A stretch of DNA of 64,000 nucleotides from Carcharhinus longimanus. Lineage: Eukaryota. The notes under the pieces are model-generated. The model was not told the DNA's origin. It ran no database searches and was given only the letters and a program-made list of their open reading frames with translations. This document shows, piece after piece, positions 1 through 10,348 of this stretch. The position numbers were made by a program, and so were the translations under genes. The stretch covers positions 21,471,262 to 21,535,261 of the forward strand of contig JASCQW010000148.1 in NCBI GenBank assembly GCA_030264375.1, read 5' to 3'. Each line of letters opens with the position of its first letter. Position 1 is the first letter of the stretch.

Positions 1-544
1 TAGGCTTTTGCAGTGTTGAAGCGTAATGAAATATTTCCTTCAAGTGGCTACATAACAGTATAAAACAGCTTTGTTTCTTGTCATATAGCTGAAACCAACC
101 AGAAATAAAGCTAGTGTTTTGGCAAAATATGATATTTTTTATCATATCTGTTACACAATATGAACACATCCACATAGGTGCTAAAGTTAATGGCATACTT
201 CCTTGCCTATATTAGTAATATAAACGCAAGCAATTTGCTTCTGTAAAGATAGTATTTAGTATAGGTGGTTTTTATACAATAGTATTCAATATCACCAATA
301 GGTACTGAGTGGTACTTGAATTAATATCTAAACAATGTGCAGTGTGAACAGTTACTTTAATACTTCGCCTGTTTATTTTACTTGGATAAGCATTTAAAAC
401 ATGCAAGTTAATATTCTGAAGCTACCGCACAAGTAGGTTTCACAAGCATATAAGGGGTTATTTTACATTTATTGTTTTGAGGGGGTTGATGATTTTTTTT
501 GGAGCTCTTTTGTACACAATGCATCTGGCATTAATATATGTAAG

Positions 545-770
545 CACAGCTTCATGCACTGGAATTACCTCTCTAAACCCCTTGGCCTCTCTATCGTGCT
601 CTTCTCTGTTAAGATCCTTAAATCCAGCACTTTGATCTAGCTTTTGGCATCTGTCCTGATGTATCCTTCTGTGGCTCGGAATCAAAGACAATTAATGGTA
701 ATGGTCTGGTTAAGTGCCTTGAGGTATTTTAGTACTTTAAAGGTAGTTTATAAATGCAAGTTGTTGTTGA
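545..770 (+). mobile_element. L2-clade LINE 3' end, degraded
   Basis: Decayed ORF2 C-terminus (ttaagatccttaaatccagcactttgatctagcttttgg, LK-T-LFD-AF type) followed by a tail ending ataaatgcaagttgttgttg. The reverse complement of the same family recurs at 2320, 6955 and 21820. Confidence 0.6.
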
Positions 771-959
771 GAGAGAGCGTGGAAGCATTCAGCTGGTACC
801 TTAGCAAGCTTAATCTACTAATCTAAGATTGTCAAGTATGTTGTATAAATGTCTACTGAGTGTTGCCCAATTGCAGCAAACTTTTCTGTGTGGCATCATG
901 ACTGTAACATGATTACCAAATGGAAAGTGGTAGGATACTGTTATCTAACAGAATCGTAG

Positions 960-1260
960 TAAAATAATGAAAAAAATGATACGTTTTGGAGGAAATGAGA
1001 ATTTATGTTCAGAGGGTTAGGACATATTTTGCTGGCTAGAATTATTTCAGTGTTTAAAAACACGATTATTATTAAGGCAACTAACTAGAGCGGGGAGTGA
1101 AGGGGAAGTTGCTGAAGTTTTGAAAGTTTGATGTATTAACAAGCTATTGATATTGATGTTAAAGGTCTTGTAAAAATGAGAAAGAATTACCAGGACAGCA
1201 CGGGAGGAGGAATTGGTAACAGTTGTACAGAAGAATCAAGCAAAGCCTAGAAAGAACATA
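960..1260 (+). mobile_element. CR1 LINE 3' remnant, highly degraded
   Basis: ggaggaaatgagaatttatgttcagagggttagg resembles the CR1 'R.NFF.QRVV' 3' region seen in better-preserved copies in this window. Confidence 0.4.
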
Positions 1261-1310
1261 ACAATATGAGCTTCCCTTAAATCTATTCAGTTGAAAATAT
1301 TGTACCTACC

Positions 1311-1535
1311 TGAAATAACTCCTCAGAGGTTGATGTTCCTTCACCAGGTTCCCTTTATTTACAAACTCTATTCCACTCCTAAGAGTGCTTCAGATACAAA
1401 GTCAGAATCCAGAGAGCCAGTATACCTGACAATTCCATTTTTATATACAGGTGAGGCTCCCTGATTGGGCAGGCAGTTATCAGGGAGCTCATACTCCAAG
1501 AAGCCAACCTCATGGGCCACACTGAAGTCATTACA
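1311..1535 (-). mobile_element. solo LTR (probably Gypsy-type)
   Basis: TG...CA ends with an imperfect terminal inverted repeat (tgaaataact vs reverse complement tgtaatgact). On the minus strand CCAAT, TATATAAAAA and AATAAA occur in canonical LTR order. Confidence 0.65.
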
Positions 1536-1559
1536 CTAATCATCCTATGGAGATTGAAT

Positions 1560-1995
1560 GGGTAATTTTAATAACATTAACTGTGGAATTACCAAAAATA
1601 GCAAAGTGTCAAGTTCAGACTGAAAACTGGTGTGTTTCTCTCCAGAGAAACAGGCCGGCTTTTTCCCAGGATCTTATGGGACTTTGTCAAAAATAAGCAG
1701 GGATTGTGTTTCTTGCCGTCATGTTGAGGTGTGGGGCCTAACATGCCGGAAAACCTGTCTGCAACGATCAAAACCAACATCCTCTCTCTCCCTTTCCCTC
1801 CCTCTACCCCCATTATGGATATGAATCTGGTTATGTCACCGGCAAGTGGTGGCAAAAGTTGGATCTTGCTGGCGAGATCTGCAATTTTGGGTTTCGCCAG
1901 ATCTTGAGCCCATGCTGCCAATCCTGCAGACAGAGGGCGCAGACTCAAGATTATCATCATCCCCCCGCCTCCCCGCCCCAGTGTTCTCACTGTGG
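1560..1995. mobile_element. putative non-autonomous DNA-transposon remnant (GC-richer block)
   Basis: Local GC/CpG enrichment against AT-rich flanks and resemblance to the GGGC-ended shark elements at 38204 and 58698. No clean TIR pair seen. Confidence 0.35.
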
Positions 1996-2319
1996 TGGAC
2001 ATTACTTGTTATCATAAAGGTATGTCTTGGTGCAGAGTTTTTAAAAGGGATATAGCAGAATCTGTAAAATACAGTCTGGGAATTCTGAAAAATCCAGTAT
2101 TTTGTTTGCTTTACCCTGCAATATTAGAAAAGTCAAAAGTTACCTTATGTTGCATATCTCTCTTTCAGAAATGTTTTAAATAGACTATATGGAATTGTGC
2201 ATAGCATGTAACAACAGTCTGTATTTACATGACACGTTTAGTTTGAAAGATGTTTCTTTGTGCTTTACAGAAGTGTAATTGGAAAAAGATTGATCTGATC
2301 CCAGGAAAAAGCTAATAAG

Positions 2320-2640
2320 AAAATGACCAAAAGCTTTGGTCAAAGAGGTGGATTTTAAGGAGAGCCTGAAAGCATCAGGACAGAGTGTCAATGTGAAGAG
2401 GCTGAGGGAGAAAATTGTAGAGCTGAGGACTTAGACAGCTGAAAACCTGGCAACCAGTGTTGGAACAAAGGGAGTGGGGAAGATATTACAGTTCAGAATT
2501 GGAGGGATGCACTGTTCTTGGTGAAGGTTTGCAGATGGTTTCAGATACATGAAAGGATAGGATGCAGATTTGACGTGCAAGGTACTGGGAGACCAAGAGT
2601 CAGTGTCGGTCAGTGAGAACAAGGTGAGAAAAACTTGTAA
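2320..2640 (-). mobile_element. L2 LINE 3' fragment
   Basis: aaagctttggtcaaagaggtggattttaagg is the reverse complement of the L2 ORF2 end (LK.HLFDQ.F). Confidence 0.55.
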
Positions 2641-2651
2641 GCAAGTACATA

Positions 2652-3310
2652 TCAATTAGGTGCGGGAGTAAGCCGGTCAGTACCTCAAACCTACTTCGCT
2701 ATTCAATAAGATTATGGCTGCTCTCGTTGTGGCCTCAAATCCGCATTTCCTACCCTGGTAACCTTTTACTCGCTTGTTAGTCAAGAATCTGTCTACCTCT
2801 GCCTTGAAAATATTCGATGACACTGCCTCCATCACATTCTGGGGAAGAGAGTTCCAAAGACTTCCAATCCTCTAAGAGAAATAAATTCTCCTCATCTCTG
2901 TCCTAAATGGACTACACCTTATTTTTAAATTGCATCCCCTACTTCTAGTTTCTCCCAGAAGGGAAGATATCCTTTCAGCATTCACCCTATCAAGTCCCCC
3001 CAGATCTTCTGTGTTTTAATAAGATCATCCCTCAATCTTCTGAACTGCAGTGAATACAAGCCCAGCCTGAATTCCCTTTTCTCAGATGATAAGCCCCCTA
3101 ATCCCAGGTATCATTTGAGTAAATGCTCTCTGAAATGCTTCTAACACACTTGTCTCCTTTTTTAAAAAAAATCCAAAACTGTGTACACCATTTCCCCACC
3201 ATTTCCCTGGCAATAAACAACAATATTCCACTTACCTTCCTAATCACTTCCTGTACATACATAGTAACCTTTTTGTGATTATGCCAAAACAGCCAGATCC
3301 CTCTGCATCT
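2652..3310 (-). mobile_element. CR1 LINE 3' portion
   Basis: Reverse-complemented CR1 3'UTR (ggagtaagcc...attcaataagattatggctg) followed by decayed ORF2 C-terminal sequence. Confidence 0.8.
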
Positions 3311-4069
3311 CAGGGTGCAAGAAAGATTATAGGCAGCAGAGTGCCAAGCACTAAAGGAAAATTGGCCATTTTATGTTGTTAACAGGAAATAAAATTTATT
3401 ATTAAAATGTACAAATGTAGAGTGGTGAGAAAGGTAATGCTATCGGCGAACTTTTTTTTTGGGGAAAACTTACCCAAAGTAATCAAAAGGATTTGAGAAA
3501 AAGTACTAAAATAGTTTATGGCAATGAAAAGAACATGCTCCTTCTTTTGTACCTCAAACCTGTGATCTTGCTATTGACCTGTAGACTGAAGGGGCTGTTG
3601 GTTTTGGTTGCATTCAATTTTCTTTACACGTTTTGTGGTCCTGAAAGTTTATTGTCATTGCATTGTGCTTATAACATTTAACTTTGAGCTATATTACATA
3701 AGTACAAGTTTAAATAATCCTATTTATTCTTATTAATTTAAAAAATTACCATTCACCTTCAAATAACTCACCAGGCAACAAACTAATATCTACTCCTCAT
3801 TCTGCAAAAATATTTCCTGTGAAGTTAAGCTGGAAATGGCAGGGTATAACTGAGACAGGTAAGGGCTTGCAAATGGTGAGAACCCATAACATTGAGTCCT
3901 TTCCCCTTTTCTGCTTGTCCAAATATTGCTTGCTGTGAGGGTTGAAGTTTTATTGTATTTTTTTCCTGTCATTTGCACCCCAGTATTGCTGCACACCAGG
4001 GTTACATCCGTTATCGCTGCAAACAAGCCTCAGAAGCAGAACTTGATTGCATCTGGGAAAGAGCTCAGT

Positions 4070-4455
4070 AGAGAACCTAGCCCTTGGTAAAATGTTTCAA
4101 ATGTGGCGTAAACCAAGTGAATAGCCAAGGACTTCTCCCCAAGATAGGGGAATCTGAAACTAGAGAACATAGATTTAAGGCGAGAGGCAAAAGATTTAAG
4201 AGAGACCTGAGGGGCAACTTTTTCGCATAGAGGTTGCTGTGCCTATGGAATGAGCTGCCAGAGGAGATGATAGAGGCAGGCACAATTACAACATTTGAAA
4301 GACATTTGGACTGCTACATGGATAGGAAGTGTTTAGAGGGATACAGGCCAAACACAGACAAATTCAGATCAGTTTAGTTCAGTTTAGGAAATTTGGTCGG
4401 CATGGATGAGATAGGCCGAAGGGCCTATTTCTGTGCTGTATATCTCTGACTCTGT
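4070..4455 (+). mobile_element. CR1 LINE 3' end
   Basis: Encodes ESETREHRFKARGKRFKRDLRGNFF...VAVPME-type CR1 C-terminus, then a 3'UTR ending ggccgaagggcctatttctgtgctgtatatctctgactct. Confidence 0.85.
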
Positions 4456-4779
4456 AAGAGAGCAGCCTAGATTATGCAGATCACAAGTTGAAATTGTAAC
4501 TTGTTTCTGTTTTCAAGAAAATTAAACTGAATAATGAATTTGGCAATTTCTTTTTAATATTAACTGCCTGAATGATATTTTTTGGGCCCTATCTTTCATA
4601 TTGACTTTATATTTCTTCCTCCCAGTTTCCCCATCTCTAAATATATGCCTGAATGGTGCTACTTAGACTCCAGAGCTTATGAAGTCTTCTTTTATTCAGC
4701 AGAATACCTCCCTTCATAGTGGCAGATGGGATCTTCAACTGCATCTATCTTATTTCCTGTGTCCCTGTTTTCTTCTAAC

Positions 4780-5200
4780 TGCCCACACTCCTCCCCGCCC
4801 CTCCCCAACTATGGTGACATTCTCCTTGCATCCTTATTCCACTGCACTAGAATCTTTATTTGCCAGATCACCTTCCACCATTGCTGCCACATCCTGCATA
4901 ATCCCATCACCTCTTTTTGCTTTGCAAAAAGATAAATTGCCCCCAAACGTTGTGGTTCATTCATTTGCAATTCTATCACCTGCTGCCTTTCAATTGCATC
5001 TTACAAGTGAGCGTAGAAGTTGCAACACCTATCTATTCACTTACCTATAAACCACTGCTCGTGACCCTAAATATTCTCGTCATACATGACTCGATGATTC
5101 ACTTTTGCTATATTCACTACTTGCAACCCGTTCTTTACTTTGGGAGACCAAGCACATATTAGCTGAACTTGGTTGAGAATATCTTTTCTGCCTGTAAATG
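4780..5200 (+). mobile_element. Penelope-like element ORF remnant (linker and GIY-YIG endonuclease region)
   Basis: Decayed Cys-rich linker (agaagttgcaacacc, R-S-C-N-T) and ctttactttgggagaccaag corresponding to the LYIGETK GIY-YIG motif. Many frameshifts. Confidence 0.55.
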
Positions 5201-5469
5201 CTCAGGTTTGCATTTGTATCCCAAGGCTTCATAGCCAAGTGTAGTCACATATTATTTAAGCAACAACGCAGCAGCCAGTATGCACACTACATGTAGAAGA
5301 CTTGAGTGCTGACTCCTTTTATAGAAGGAGTTAACACAAGCAAACGAGTTTTTCATTAGTTAGATGTAAGTGAGAATTGACGGATAAGACTGAGCATTAC
5401 TTTAAAGAGCAAAAGGACATGAATATAGTAAAAAACAAAAGTGCAGAAAGGGAGTGAATGAAGTTTAAA

Positions 5470-5945
5470 GAGAAATGGAAATTTTACAGAAATGAAGAAA
5501 AGCCAGAAAATGCTGGAAGCACACAACAGATCACAGTTTAGCATCTGAAGGAAAGGGGTGAAACAATGGTTAGTACTGCTGTCTCATAGCACCAGGGACC
5601 CAGATTCAATCATGGCTTTGGCTGACTGTGTGAACTTTGCACGTTCTCCCCCGGATCTACCTGGGTTGTCTCGGTGCTCTGGTTTCTTCCCACAATCCAA
5701 AGATGTACAGGTTAGATTNNNNNNNNNNNNNNNNNNNNNNNNNNNNNNNNNNNNNNNNNNNNNNNNNNNNNNNNNNNNNNNNNNNNNNNNNNNNNNNNNN
5801 NNNNNNNNNNNNNNAGATGCTCTGTCAGAGAGTTGGTGCAGACTTGATGGGCTGAATGGCCTCCTTCTGCAGCATACGGGTTCTATGAAAAGCAAAAGGG
5901 ACAACTGACCTGCTATTACTTCGCTCCTTCAGATACTGCCAGGCT
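5470..5945. mobile_element. Penelope-derived palindromic short element, split by a SINE
   Basis: Left arm cagaaaatgctggaagcacacaacag...agcatctgaagga and inverted right arm tccttcagatactgcc flank the SINE at 5555-5888. Confidence 0.5.
5555..5888 (+). mobile_element. V-SINE, HE1-like with CR1-derived tail (contains N gap)
   Basis: tRNA-like head (tggttagtactgctgtctcatagcaccagggacccagattcaatc), V-domain (tgcacgttctcccc...ggtgctctggtttcttcccaca) and CR1-type tail (gatgggctgaatggcctccttctg...ttctatga). Confidence 0.85.
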
Positions 5946-5950
5946 AGTTC

Positions 5951-6320
5951 AGGAGGATGTAGTGGCATTGTGATCTTTCACTGGATTAGTAATCAAAAGA
6001 CTCAGGATAATTCCCTGGGAACCTATGTTTGAATCCCATTGCAGATGAATTCAATAATTAATATCTGGATTTAAAAGTCTAATGATGACCAAGAACCCTT
6101 ATTGATTGTTGTAAAAACCCATCTGGTTTACCAATGTCTTTCAGGAAAGGAAATCTGCCATCCTTACCTGCTCTGGCCTTACTTGTGACTTCAGATCCAT
6201 AGCAATGTTGTTGACTCTTAATTGTCTTCTGAATTGACTGAGTAAGCCAGTCAGTTCAAGGGCAATTAATGATGGACAATAAATGCTGGCCTAGCCAGAG
6301 ATGCCCTGATGAATAAAAAA
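5951..6320 (+). mobile_element. tRNA-derived SINE sharing its 3' tail with a CR1/L2-superfamily LINE
   Basis: A-box/B-box-like head (agtggcattgtg...gtttgaatccca) and tail agggcaattaatgatggacaataaatgctggcctagccag...gaataaaaaaa. The tail matches LINE ends at 24225, 34983, 56180 and 62100. Confidence 0.75.
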
Positions 6321-6559
6321 ATTGTGTATTTCTTGCTTTTGTAAAGGTGGCTATGGTTTGAAGTTGCTTTATTGAATGATTTGTAACACTTCCATGACAT
6401 TTTAATATTTCTCATTTTCCATTCCTCTTTCTTCTTTTCTCCTTCCACTTCATTCATTTTCACTTTTGGAGTATTTGTTTCTCTCTCTGTATCATGCAGT
6501 AGGCAAGGCCTGTCAGCCATCTTCATGGCCTCTTCTTTTAATGACTTGTTTTATAATGT

Positions 6560-6835
6560 CAATTTCAATAACATTTTACTGTATCAGTGACTGGGTTTCA
6601 CCTCAATTCAATTTTCAGTAAATCCATTTGCTCACCCCTTATCCAACCCCATTCTGCAACAGGCTTTTACCTATTGTTTTCTCCCCCTTATTATCTGACT
6701 CAACCCTCCTATAAAACCAGCTTTTATTTTCGGTTCTGACAGTGGGTTAATCTGCAAAACATTAACCTGTCTTTTGACAGATGCTGATGGATCTGTATGT
6801 TTTCGGTATTTCAGTATTTCTTTTGTTTTTAATGT
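6560..6835 (+). mobile_element. Penelope-derived terminal-repeat remnant
   Basis: Pyrimidine-rich stretch, then ttctgacag...aaaacattaacctgtc...acagatgctga, a decayed version of the hammerhead-bearing element. Confidence 0.45.
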
Positions 6836-6954
6836 CTTATCAGAGTAAGTTAACAAAATACATTTCATACATTATTTGAAGATTTCAATGCAGTGTTTAA
6901 ACAGAAAGACAAACTAATCCCTTCAAATCTTGCAGCAACCCTTTGAAGGCAGGA

Positions 6955-8340
6955 GCAACAGCTTGCAACTGCATAGCATCTTTAACTTAGGAAAACCAAG
7001 GCAATCAGCAAGAGTGTCATCAATTGCAATATCTTGTCATTGAGGCACAGAAGGTGATATCAAGTTGGGTAACCAAAAGCTTGGTCAAGTAAAATAGAGA
7101 AGTTGAAAAATTTAGGGATGGCATTCTGTAGCTTGGGGCCAAGATGGCCAAAGCACAGCTGCCAATAATTGATTGAAAATCCACTGGAGTATAAATAATG
7201 GATAAGTTATACTATGTTTGAATCTTGGCTCAGGTTAGAAAGGGCACTAGAGCTATGCACTGTCTGATTTAGTCTCCACATTGTGGACAAGAGGTGACAT
7301 CAAGAAAGAAGCATACTGAGTTTTTGGTGGAAAGCATATTGCTTTCAAGTGCTTTCATAATGTAAAAGCATCTAACTGGGCAGAGATGTTGTGGAATCAA
7401 GGGTAATGAAGTCTAGCAGAAGAAATCAAATAACTTTAGGTACTTGCTGAGTGATGGTACAGGGAAGGAATGATCTGGTGTGTGCATTAGGGCAGGTAAG
7501 AGTGGAACCAATTAATGGAAGTGCCACCGTGGTAGACCACAGAAGAGATATAATGGATGATGCTGCAATAGAGCATGCTAGAAACAAGAGGTTAGATTGT
7601 AACTGTAGCCCCAGAAAATAGTGTTCAGGGTGTTTGTTAGTGCAGCTTCCATGCTGTGGGTAGGATGGGAATTAAAGAAATTCAAAATGGAAATGTTAGG
7701 ACAAGTAATGCGTTCAAGGAGGTTAGAATTGGGTGGTAATAGGAGAAAATTAAGAGATCAAATATGGGCTTTTGTGGAAAGCGGCAATAATAATAGTTGT
7801 GGAGGGTAGGAACAATAAATATAGTGACCCTTAGGGATAGGCATCCTGTTTGGAGGTTTGGATTTAAATTGCAGGATGAGGGAGGGAGCAGGAATAACAT
7901 CTCAGGAAATGAAGTATGGGCAAGTGTTGTGGGGCTGCTGTGGAGTGGGACAGTAAGAGTGGTAACATCCAGAACACTGGAGCAGACAGATGCAATCTTC
8001 AGGTTAGAACAAAAATGAATAGTCTTGACGCAGAAGATGAAAATTGAGGTATTCGGTCATGGGATAAAGCAGGAGAAGATTCAGCACATGACCTTAGTCT
8101 TAGTAATAATCCAGGGTAAAAGGAGAGTTTTGCCATGGCAGAGGGATGTACAGAGAAAATTCAATGCTTAAATCCAGCAAGTGCAAGGAGTAGCTCGACC
8201 AAAAGGCTGCATGAGGAGAAAAGGAAGGTGGTCACTGAAAAAGGCAATCAGCAGTGAGGAATTTGGAGAGTTATAGGTGGCTTGGAAGTGGGTGAATTGT
8301 GCAAATGAGAAGAAATATTGAAGGAATAGGAAAAAAGCCC
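6955..8340 (-). mobile_element. L2 LINE fragments, degraded
   Basis: L2 tail (caacagcttgca...catagcatctttaac, aaccaaaagcttggtcaa), then purine-rich decayed ORF sequence typical of antisense L2. Confidence 0.45.
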
Positions 8341-8356
8341 TGTTTGTAGGAGGGAG

Positions 8357-8504
8357 GGAGTCATTTTCAATCTAACCCACCTGTTATAAAATTAATGGAA
8401 TCACATGCAAATAGTTTTACATTAAAGTCAATGGAGTCTATGGTTTTGTCATTCCAGCAAAACAAGTGGGTTTTCTGCTTGGTGAGTTAGCTTAAAATAA
8501 CCTC
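8357..8504. mobile_element. MITE-like element with ~24-bp imperfect TIRs
   Basis: gagtcattttcaatctaacccacc vs reverse complement of the right end gaggttattttaagctaactcacc. Confidence 0.55.
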
Positions 8505-10237
8505 ATTGCCCATATCCAGATTTGATCAGGTCCAGGATGCTGAATAAACTCATCCCAGATGAACTTGTGGATCAGAAAAAGCGTTTGCCCAAGAATATAA
8601 ACACTTTGGAGGGTGACCAATGGAAAGCAAATCTTAAGTGGAATTTTCCTGTGGAGATAGAATTTCCTGTGGTACTAGAAAGCCCTGGACTGGGTGGCCA
8701 TTAGCCCCAGGGTAGCGCAGTAGTCATGTCATTTTGATTGAGCATTTTAATTCAGGTCCTTCACACTGTTCAGGCCCAGTAACTGTTTAGGTATTGGCAC
8801 TAATGGTGGGATTCATGAAAGGTCATCATCACAAGCACTTTCCTATTAGAACATTATAATCACCTTCCTGATGTGCCTAGTGATATCTCCCCTGTAGAGT
8901 TCACAAATTTAATTCTGCAGACTCCTGTGACATTTCTAATAAGAACCATGATATTTTGGCAATTTAATGTCAAAAAAGACTTCAAAAGTAAAAAAAAAGA
9001 AACAACATGATCCACATGGTTGACAGAAAATTACAGTAGTTTGTGAATCTTGCTCAATTTTTACATTCTAAAAAGCAAAATTTTAACTTCCACTATAATT
9101 TAGTATCATAATTTCTACAAAATGTAATCAAAACAAACTTATTTCTACTGCTTGTTTAAAGTAAATAAATACAAATACAAATTGTTGAATTTTTAAAAAT
9201 CTATAATTAGAAATTGCTGCCATCCCACATGACTGTAAAAGCAGAATTTGCCTTTGGAAATAATTTTATTGCCATTACCAGCAAAGAATTTTGCATTTTC
9301 TGAAGCAGTTGCCATGGACCTACTGCAAGCTTGGACCAGCCAATGTCCTGACAGGAAAACAGAGCATTGGAAATTAAATTCTCTATTTGACCAGTTTGAA
9401 CAGCAAGAATCAGGGCTTTGAATGAGAAAGTCCCTCTGTCTCCCATGGGGTTTTGTTTGAAGGACAACATCAGCTGTATGTTAGCTCTCAGCTTTTGCAT
9501 GTCTGACTTTATTAAAATGGCTGGCATTATTATCTCATCCAGCTGTGGGTTACAAAAAGAGAACTTCTTCTGGGTCTCAAATCAGTTCTGCCAGAAGCAG
9601 TAATTCTCTGTCATGTCCCAAAACCAACGGCTAATTATATGAATTTCAAAAAGATTATTCTTTTCTTGGGATGAAGTTGATGGGGGTGAACCTACTCTGT
9701 GAGGATGGCAATATTTCCTTATTCCTAGTTATGTTGTATGTCCCTTCAATTGGCATATATTGAACATAACTAAGATAAGGAATACCCTGTCCCATATCTT
9801 GCTCTAGTGACTCATTCCATTGTTACAGGAAATGGCTGGACAAAGGAATTTGGATCACTTTTACTGTTGCTGGCAATAAACCAGTGTACATTTAACCCAA
9901 TCTAGTTACCCTTCATAGCTTATGGGCTTGTTGAAAATGCACCTTTCAATAAAGGTATGCGTGTATAGTCAAGCGCATAAATAAGAAGGGAGGATCAAGG
10001 ATCTGTCTCAACACCCTTTTAACAATGACAAGGTTATCCACACTGTGTTGAAGATATTTCTGATAGGTACTTTGAAGGAGATATGAAAGTGGATGCCTTG
10101 AGCAGGGGCAAATACCAGTCTCTCAGTGTATTTTCCATGAGAAGTATCGCAATTGAGTATTACACCTTTGGCATCTGGGGATATGGGAAGACAGACATTC
10201 CAGCAAAGTTCTAGAAAAAGACAGAGCCAAAACTTCG

Positions 10238-10348
10238 GAAAAAAGCAAAGCTCTGACAAAGGCTTGTCTGGACTTGAAACATCAGCTCTTTTCTCTCCTT
10301 ACAGATGCTGCCAGACCTGCTTAGATTTTCCAGCACTTTCTCTTTTGA
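10238..10348 (+). mobile_element. 111-bp Penelope-derived element with hammerhead-like core and 13-bp target-site duplication
   Basis: Perfect direct repeat agccaaaacttcg at 10225-10237 and 10349-10361. Internal ctgacaa...gactt-gaaac-atc followed by acagatgctgccagacctgc. Confidence 0.8.

Noticed and set aside
1589-2002. 137-aa minus-strand ORF
   Set aside because: It arises from a GC-richer repeat remnant and has no domain signature or splice context.
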